DNA of 64,000 nt from Chloroflexota bacterium. Lineage in GTDB: Bacteria; Chloroflexota; UBA11872; VXOZ01. The stretch is taken from assembly GCA_963663275.1 (NCBI GenBank), contig OY760183.1, forward strand, positions 2,528,001 through 2,592,000, read 5' to 3'. The notes under the pieces are model-generated. The model ran no database searches, was not told where the DNA came from, and saw nothing but the letters and a program-made list of their open reading frames with translations. Each line of letters opens with the position of its first letter. Position 1 is the stretch's first letter. The position numbers and the translations under genes are program-made. Shown here piece by piece: positions 57,865 to 64,000 of the stretch.

Positions 57865-59250
57865 ATGAAGGCGAATCTTGATAGTTTGAGTCGACGCCGG
57901 CTGTTGCAGGGCATGGGCGGAGCGCTGGGCGTGTTGGGACTGGCGGCGTGCGGCACTGTTGCCACCGGGCCGGCCCCGGCAGAGGAGGAAGCCCCGGCGC
58001 CCAAGGAAGAGGCGAAGCAGGAAGCACCCGCGCCGGCCGAGCCGACCGACGTCGAATTCCTGATCGGCCCGTTCGCGGGACGCAACGCCGAGGCTATGGA
58101 AGGTCTCCTGGCAGGCTTCCATGAAAAAACGCCTGAGATTCAAATCAAGCTCATTGTGGCGGAGTCGGGCACGAACTATCAGCAGCAGATCGCCACCTTC
58201 GTCGCCGCCGGCGCCAACGCGGACGTGGTGCACATGTCCGGCGGGCACTTCAGCTATGCCGCCGAGGGTGTGCTCGTAAACCTGGACGACCACATCAAGG
58301 CGGACGCCGACTTCGATATTGCAGCGTATTATCCGCGCGTCACCGAGTTCTATCGCGAGCCTGCCGGCGGGCAATGGGCCTTGCCGTGGAACCATGCCAC
58401 GGAAGGCGTCTACTACAACAAGACGCTGCTGGCAGAGGCCGGACTGGACGAACCGGGCGAGGACTGGGATTGGGACGATCTGCGCGAGATGGCGCGTGTC
58501 CTGACGAAAGACGCCAACAATGACGGCGAACCGGAATCGTGGGGCGTGGAATTTCGCCTGGTGCGCATCGACCACGTGCTGCGGTCGTACGGCGGCGGCT
58601 TTCTCGCCGATAACAATACGCGCTCGGTCATTACCGATCCCAAGTCGATCGCGGCGCTGCAATTCATTGCCGACCTGATTATCAAAGACCGCACCCATCC
58701 CTACCCGGCGTTGGGCTGGAACAAGGGGTTTTCCCAGGGCAAGATCGCGATTTCCTTCCTGCCGGAATGGGCCGCGGTGCGGCTGGGCAACGTGGAAGGG
58801 CTTGACTTCGACGTCGGCCTGATGCCGCAGGGGCCGGAAGGCCGGTTTACGTTCGCTGGATCGGGCGGCGGCTCCATGTTCAGTACGTCCGATTCCCAAG
58901 ATGGTGCTTGGAAAGTCCTGAAGTGGTTCACGAACTATGATGGCGGCGAATGGGCGTTTGCCCGGGCGATCTCCTACCCCGCCGGCTCGCCGCCCGCATT
59001 GATTGCGGCCAATGAGTTCTTCTGGAACGAATACCTAACGGGGCCGGAAAACCGCGCCCGCTTCTTGAAGAATCCAGACTTCGCCGTGGTGCCGTTCGGC
59101 GGCAGTTGGGACGGCCGGTTCTTCGACCAGAGTTCGCGCAAGGCGCTCCCGCAGATCTGGGAGGGCGCGAAGTCGGTGGAAGAGGTAGCGCGCGAGCTGG
59201 ATGCAATGTGGATTGCGCGGCTCGAAGAGACCGGCAGGCTCAAGAGCTAG
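57865..59250 (+). CDS. Sugar ABC transporter substrate-binding lipoprotein (Tat signal)
   Basis: SRRRLL, LAAC, Ala/Pro/Glu linker, VYYNK, WDWDD, FSQGK, PQGP; GGAGG RBS. Confidence 0.9.
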   Translation: MKANLDSLSRRRLLQGMGGALGVLGLAACGTVATGPAPAEEEAPAPKEEAKQEAPAPAEPTDVEFLIGPFAGRNAEAMEGLLAGFHEKTPEIQIKLIVAESGTNYQQQIATFVAAGANADVVHMSGGHFSYAAEGVLVNLDDHIKADADFDIAAYYPRVTEFYREPAGGQWALPWNHATEGVYYNKTLLAEAGLDEPGEDWDWDDLREMARVLTKDANNDGEPESWGVEFRLVRIDHVLRSYGGGFLADNNTRSVITDPKSIAALQFIADLIIKDRTHPYPALGWNKGFSQGKIAISFLPEWAAVRLGNVEGLDFDVGLMPQGPEGRFTFAGSGGGSMFSTSDSQDGAWKVLKWFTNYDGGEWAFARAISYPAGSPPALIAANEFFWNEYLTGPENRARFLKNPDFAVVPFGGSWDGRFFDQSSRKALPQIWEGAKSVEEVARELDAMWIARLEETGRLKS

Positions 59251-59372
59251 AGACTGTTCCAAGACTCTCTAGCACTCTACTTGGAGACTGTTGCGAAACC
59301 TCGTTGAGAGCGAGCAGCCCCCTCTCTTGGGTGAAAGGGAATAGTCGAAGCTCAGCGAGCAGTGCCTCTTAT

Positions 59373-59499
59373 CCCCTCTCCCAATGGGAGAGGGTTAGGG
59401 TGAGGTGAGATTATCTGGCGACTCATATCCACGTCTTGCGAAATGGGTCACAACGAGCGAGGATTCCCCCTCACGCCGGCCCTCTCCCCAGGGAGAGGG
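59373..59499. repeat. REP-like family D inverted dyad
   Basis: CCCCTCTCCCAATGGGAGAGGGTTAGGGTGAGG ... CCCCCTCACGCCGGCCCTCTCCCCAGGGAGAGGG. Confidence 0.8.
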
Positions 59500-59642
59500 A
59501 GGCCTTTCGCTTGCCGGGTCTGGTTATCCAGGAGTTTCCCTTGATGGACAATCATCTCCGCAGAACTGTCTTCTGCGGAGATGTTTCGTAGTAATCGAGT
59601 TTCTCCTCTAACCTGAAAGCACAGAAGAGAGGTATTCGAGCA

Positions 59643-60875
59643 GTGAGCGCGATTCGGGTAGGCGTCATCGGCATCGGCGGCCGCGGCCAGAACTACCTGC
59701 GGTGGCTGAGCGAGGTAGATCGGCGCGCCTACTTAGGCGCCGACCGCCACTGGAGCCACACCAAACGCACCTCGTACTGGGGCACCGCGCTGCGGGAGTC
59801 GCGGGACATCGCCTTCCCTGAGGAGATGTACAAGCAGTACGCGCGCGGTCTCGAGGAGTACGGCATCGTCGAGACGCGAGACCTCAAGGCCGACGTCGTG
59901 GCCGTCTGCGACGTGCAGGAAGACCATCTGGCGACGGCGCATGAGATTCTCACCGAGGAATTTGGGCAGGATGCCCCCGTAACCTACACCGACTACCGCC
60001 GCATGTTGGATGAAGCCGACCTGGACGCCGTGGTGGTGGTCAGCGCCAACTTCACGCATCGGGAGATTGCCGTGGCCGCGCTGGAAACCGGCGCGTGGGT
60101 CTTATGCGACAAACCGCTGGCAACGACCGTGGCAGACTGCCAGGCCATCGTGGACGCCGCCCACCGCAGCGGCGGCAAACTCTTCATGGGGTTCAACGAG
60201 CGTTCCAATCCGGCGGTGACCAAAGGCCGCGAGATTGTGGCCAGCGGCCAGATCGGCCAGCCGCAGATGGTCTTGGCGCGGACAATACGCCCGCCGTTCG
60301 CGCCAACGCCGTGGCGCTACAGCCAGTCCCAGAGCGGCGGCGCGCTCAACGAGAAGGACTGCCACAGCTTCGACCTTTTCAACTGGTTCGTCGATTCCAA
60401 GCCGCAGCGCGTGATGGGCATCGGCGGCCAGCACGTGCTGACGGAGAACAACGACATCATCGACCACGCCTGGGTGCTGGTGGAATACGCGAACGGCGCG
60501 AAGGGCTGCCTGCAACTCTGCCTCTTCTCCCCGCCATCCACCGGCCCCGGCGCGGTGCTGGACGCGGTCGGCGCGAACGGGCGCATCATCGTCAAAGGCG
60601 GCTCGGTGGAGGTCTATGGCCGCCGCCCGCTCAACGACCGGGCCGTGTATCACGTCAGCCGCGACAGCAACATGCCCGGGCACTCCGGCGACCTGACGCA
60701 GGCCTTTCGCTTTCTGCACTGCATCGCCCACGACAAGCCGACGCCGGTGCCGCCGGAAGCCGGCATGGAGAGCACGGTTATCTGCCTGGCGGCGGAGGAG
60801 TCGATCCGGCGTGAGGGCGAGTGGATCGTCATCGAGGACTTCGTGGCGCGGGAACGTGAACGGCCGGCGGGTTAG
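59643..60875 (+). CDS. Gfo/Idh/MocA family oxidoreductase with N-terminal insertion
   Basis: VGVIGIGGRG, VLCDKPLA, SGGALNEKDCHSFD. Confidence 0.88.
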   Translation: MSAIRVGVIGIGGRGQNYLRWLSEVDRRAYLGADRHWSHTKRTSYWGTALRESRDIAFPEEMYKQYARGLEEYGIVETRDLKADVVAVCDVQEDHLATAHEILTEEFGQDAPVTYTDYRRMLDEADLDAVVVVSANFTHREIAVAALETGAWVLCDKPLATTVADCQAIVDAAHRSGGKLFMGFNERSNPAVTKGREIVASGQIGQPQMVLARTIRPPFAPTPWRYSQSQSGGALNEKDCHSFDLFNWFVDSKPQRVMGIGGQHVLTENNDIIDHAWVLVEYANGAKGCLQLCLFSPPSTGPGAVLDAVGANGRIIVKGGSVEVYGRRPLNDRAVYHVSRDSNMPGHSGDLTQAFRFLHCIAHDKPTPVPPEAGMESTVICLAAEESIRREGEWIVIEDFVARERERPAG

Positions 60876-61003
60876 CCTGAGACGAATTGCGTACCCCGCG
60901 CAATGTGCTATGATGGAAATACCAGTAGCGGGGTAGGAATTGGCCGCCGCTAGACGTTAAAGACGCATTGCGCTCCACGCGCCAGTGGCAAGAGAGTAAT
61001 ACA

Positions 61004-61456
61004 TTGGCTGCATCGCGTTCCCAACTCGCAACCTCTAACGCCAAGCGGCTGCTGCGCTCATCCGGCCGCCGCTTCACCCGGCAACGCGAGGCTATCTTGA
61101 AGATCATCCGCGACCAACCGGGACACCTGGGCGCGGACGAGGTATTTCAGATTGCGCGCCAGCGCGGCCACCGAGTGAGCCTCTCCACCGTCTACCGCAC
61201 GCTCGATCTCTTGCGCGAGCAGGGCCTGGTGGAAGCGGCCAACTTGCAGCAAGACCACCGCCACTTCAAGGCCGCCGGCGACGAGGAGCACCACCACCTG
61301 GTATGCGTGTCCTGCGCGAAAGTCGTCGAGTTCAGCAGCCCCCACGTCGAGCGCCTCAGGCAGGCCCTGCAAGAAGAGCACGGCTTCACAATCCAGAACG
61401 TGGAACTCGAGGTCGGGGGGCTCTGCGCCCGGTGCGCCGCTGGGTCTACCGCGTAG
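61004..61456 (+). CDS. Fur family transcriptional regulator (Fur/Zur/PerR)
   Basis: TRQREAIL, H-x-x-A-x-E, STVYRTL, HHHLVCVSC, GLCARC; start uncertain (TTG 61004 or 60968). Confidence 0.92.
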   Translation: MAASRSQLATSNAKRLLRSSGRRFTRQREAILKIIRDQPGHLGADEVFQIARQRGHRVSLSTVYRTLDLLREQGLVEAANLQQDHRHFKAAGDEEHHHLVCVSCAKVVEFSSPHVERLRQALQEEHGFTIQNVELEVGGLCARCAAGSTA

Positions 61457-61776
61457 CTTTCGCCGGAATGCATCATGAGATTCCGAGCGCCGTGCCACGT
61501 AGAGTTTCGACCCTTCTAAAGGCTCCGGGCAAGCAGACTACAAAGCAAACGAATCGTTAGCTCTTCTCTTCTTTCCCGTGCCGCACGCGCCCCGCACTTT
61601 CGCTCGCCTTACTCCGAAAGACATGCTGCGCCGCCTACTTTGACTGTCAAGTCTCGGCCTATTGAATCCGGCAAGGACTCTTGTTGGGTCTTGCTACCGC
61701 GCATGGTATGATGGTGGGACGGAATTCGCCGATCTTGGCTCACTAGTGCTTAATTCGAGAATCTGACATCGGACTA

Positions 61777-63324
61777 ATGGCAACGTACTACGTCACTACT
61801 CCCATTTACTACCCCAACGCCAAGCCGCACATCGGCACGGCGTTTTGTACTATCGGCTGCGACGTGCAGGCGCGCTACCGCCGCCTGAAAGGGTACGATA
61901 CGTACTTCCTCACGGGCCTCGATGAGAACAGCCTCAACGTCGAGCGCCAGGCCAGAAGCCAGGGCAAGGAACCGCAGGACTACTGCGACGAAATGGCGAC
62001 GTTCTTCGAGGATCTCTGGGAGCGGCTGAACATCTCCCACGACGGCTTCATCCGTACCACTGAAGAGCGGCATAAGGACGCGGCGCGGCTCTTGTTGCAG
62101 CAGTGCTATGACGCCGGCGACATCTACAAGGGCACCTACGCCGGGTGGTACTGCCTGCCGTGCGAGGCCTTCTACGCCGATGACGACCTGGTTGACGGCA
62201 AGTGCCCGGTGCACGAGGCCGAGCCGGAGTGGACGGAGGAAGACAACTACTTCTTTGCGCTCTCCAAGTACCAGGACCGGCTGTTGGCGCTCTATGAGGA
62301 ACACCCGGAGTCCGTTCTGCCCGACTTCCGGCGGAACGAAGTCATCAACATGGTGCGCGGCGAGTTGCGTGACTTCAGCATTTCCCGCGCCAACAAGACC
62401 TGGGGCATCCCCGTTCCTTTTGACGAAGAGCAGGTCATTTACGTCTGGTTCGACGCGCTTACCAACTACATTACCGGCGTTGGGTTTGGGCAGGACGACG
62501 CCATGTTCGCTCGCTACTGGCCGGCAGACGCCCACGTCGTTGGCAAAGACATCATCCGCTTTCACTGCGTCTACTGGCCGGCAATGCTGATGTCCGCCGG
62601 CGTGCCGCTCCCAACAACCGTGTGGGCGCACGGCTGGGTCATGTTCCGCGGCGAGAAGATGAGCAAGTCTCGCGGCGCCGGCGTTGACCCTTTCGAGATG
62701 GTGGCCGAATTCGGCCCCGACGCCGTGCGCTACTTTCTGATGCGGGAAATCCCGTTCGACCAGGACGGCGTCTTCTCCTGGGAGAGTTTCTACAACCGCT
62801 ACAACGCCGATCTGGCCAACGACCTGGGCAACCTGGTCCACCGCACCACGTCGATGCTTAAGCGTTACTTCGACGGCGCGTTGCCCGCTCCCGGCGCTGA
62901 GACCGCGCTGGACGCCTCCCTGCGGGAGACCGCGCAAGACGCGATCGCGGGCGCGGAGCGCGGGTTGGAATCCTGGGACCTGGACGCGGCGCTGGATAGC
63001 ATCTGGACGCTCGTCACCCGGGCCAATCGCTACATCGAGGAAAACGCCCCCTGGGAACTGGCGAAACAACCCGACCGGCGCGAGCGCCTGGGCACGGTGC
63101 TCTACAACGTGACGGAAGCCGTGCGCGTGCTGGCCCTCTTGCTCGGCCCCTACATTCCGCAGACCGCCGACACGATACTGGAGCGGTTGGGCGAACCGCC
63201 GCTGGCGGAGGGCGCGTGGGAATCCCGCCTCGCGTGGGGACTGCTCACGGCTGATCGCGCCATTGCCGCCGGCGCGCCGCTCTTCCCGCGCCTGGAAGCG
63301 CCGGAGTTCGCGGAGAGCACGTAG
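61777..63324 (+). CDS. metG: Methionine--tRNA ligase (short form, no C-terminal tRNA-binding domain)
   Basis: YYVTTPIYY, HIGT (HIGH), CLPCE...CPVH knuckle, YVWFDAL, GKDI, KMSKS, LANDLGNL, LFPR. Confidence 0.96.
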   Translation: MATYYVTTPIYYPNAKPHIGTAFCTIGCDVQARYRRLKGYDTYFLTGLDENSLNVERQARSQGKEPQDYCDEMATFFEDLWERLNISHDGFIRTTEERHKDAARLLLQQCYDAGDIYKGTYAGWYCLPCEAFYADDDLVDGKCPVHEAEPEWTEEDNYFFALSKYQDRLLALYEEHPESVLPDFRRNEVINMVRGELRDFSISRANKTWGIPVPFDEEQVIYVWFDALTNYITGVGFGQDDAMFARYWPADAHVVGKDIIRFHCVYWPAMLMSAGVPLPTTVWAHGWVMFRGEKMSKSRGAGVDPFEMVAEFGPDAVRYFLMREIPFDQDGVFSWESFYNRYNADLANDLGNLVHRTTSMLKRYFDGALPAPGAETALDASLRETAQDAIAGAERGLESWDLDAALDSIWTLVTRANRYIEENAPWELAKQPDRRERLGTVLYNVTEAVRVLALLLGPYIPQTADTILERLGEPPLAEGAWESRLAWGLLTADRAIAAGAPLFPRLEAPEFAEST

Positions 63325-63347
63325 CCCGCGCTCCCCGGTGCCCCTAT

Positions 63348-63489
63348 GGAGACATTTGCATAACTCTGTCATTCTGGCGAAAGCCGGAATCCAGGGTGTC
63401 CTTACACCTAACGATTGCGTGAAGTCAATCCGATTCACCCCCATCCCGGCCTTCCCCCTCAATGGGGAAGGGGTTATGCAAAGGTTTCC
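63348..63489 (-). mobile_element. MITE family 1 (142 bp; 3-bp TSD TAT)
   Basis: GGAGACATTTGCATAAC...GTTATGCAAAGGTTTCC flanked by TAT on both sides; reverse complement aligns with 47579-47721. Confidence 0.8.
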
Positions 63490-63490
63490 T

Positions 63491-64000
63491 ATGACGGATA
63501 CCCACGCCCACATCAACATGCCGCGCTTTGCCGACGACCTGGCGGCAGTGGTAGGGCGCGCCAATGCGGCAAACGTCAAGACAATCATCGTAGTCGGCGT
63601 GGACATACCTTCCAGCCGAGGAGCCGTCGAGATCGCCGCGGGCTTTCCCGGCTGCTGGGCGGCGGTCGGCGTGCATCCCCATGAAGCGGACTCCTGCACA
63701 ACCGCCACGTGGCGCGAGTTAGACGCGCTCGCGCAAGCGCCGGAGGTGGTCGCCATCGGTGAAACCGGCCTGGACTACTACCGCATGAATTCCGGCAAGG
63801 AAGCGCAGCAATCCGCCTTTACCCGCCACCTTGCGCTCGCCGCTGAGCGCCAACTGCCCGTCATCGTCCACGTGCGCGACGCCTATGCCGACGCGCAGCG
63901 CCTGCTCACGCGCGCCATGCCCCCGCGGCGCGCCGTGATGCACTGTTTTTCCGGCGATAGCGCCCAGGCGACGGCGTTCGTCGAGCTTGGGTGCATGATT
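63491..64000 (+). CDS. tatD: TatD family hydrolase (3' truncated by window edge)
   Basis: MTDTHAH, GVHPH, AIGETGLDY, PVIVHVRDA, MHCFSG; typical position after metG. Confidence 0.93.
   Translation, partial: MTDTHAHINMPRFADDLAAVVGRANAANVKTIIVVGVDIPSSRGAVEIAAGFPGCWAAVGVHPHEADSCTTATWRELDALAQAPEVVAIGETGLDYYRMNSGKEAQQSAFTRHLALAAERQLPVIVHVRDAYADAQRLLTRAMPPRRAVMHCFSGDSAQATAFVELGCMI

Noticed and set aside
59249-59600. Third MITE starting GAGACTGTTGCGAAAC
   Set aside because: The left end resembles an IS terminal repeat, but no matching right end or TSD could be identified
61457-61776. T-box or SAM riboswitch upstream of metG
   Set aside because: No T-box antiterminator consensus with terminator and no SAM-I core motifs could be found
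61774-63756. 660-aa minus-strand ORF
   Set aside because: Antisense shadow of metG and tatD in GC-rich DNA; no recognisable motifs

Overview
GC-rich bacterial chromosome segment, inferred to be from Chloroflexota and possibly a marine or sponge-associated lineage. That inference rests on a DUF5671-like membrane protein, RtcB plus archease, six Gfo/Idh/MocA oxidoreductases, a sulfatase, Tat-lipoprotein sugar-binding proteins and a bacterial sterol methyltransferase. Core genes are coaD-yceD-rpmF-fabD-fabG-accC-nusB, a PyrR-attenuated pyrR-pyrB-pyrC-carA-carB-pyrK operon, gyrB, metG, tatD, rfbB, ltaE, tRNA-Ala(GGC) and a Fur-family regulator. The most notable accessory elements are: (1) a eukaryote-type sterol C24-methyltransferase with altered signature motifs, next to the tRNA-Ala 3' end and fused onto a decayed gene fragment; (2) a stand-alone, N-terminally truncated nitrile-hydratase-alpha-like protein (CTPCSC) with no beta subunit nearby; (3) a CehA/McbA carbamate-hydrolase-like gene overlapping archease-rtcB; (4) a VWA lipoprotein gene with highly structured 5' and 3' flanks; (5) a dense set of non-coding repeats, comprising at least four REP-like palindrome families, two MITE families that carry REP modules and nest inside other REPs, and degenerate tandem arrays with 11, 18, 21, 44 and 80 bp periods. 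No CRISPR array, prophage, rRNA or intact transposase was found. All family calls come from motif recognition by eye; no database search was run.
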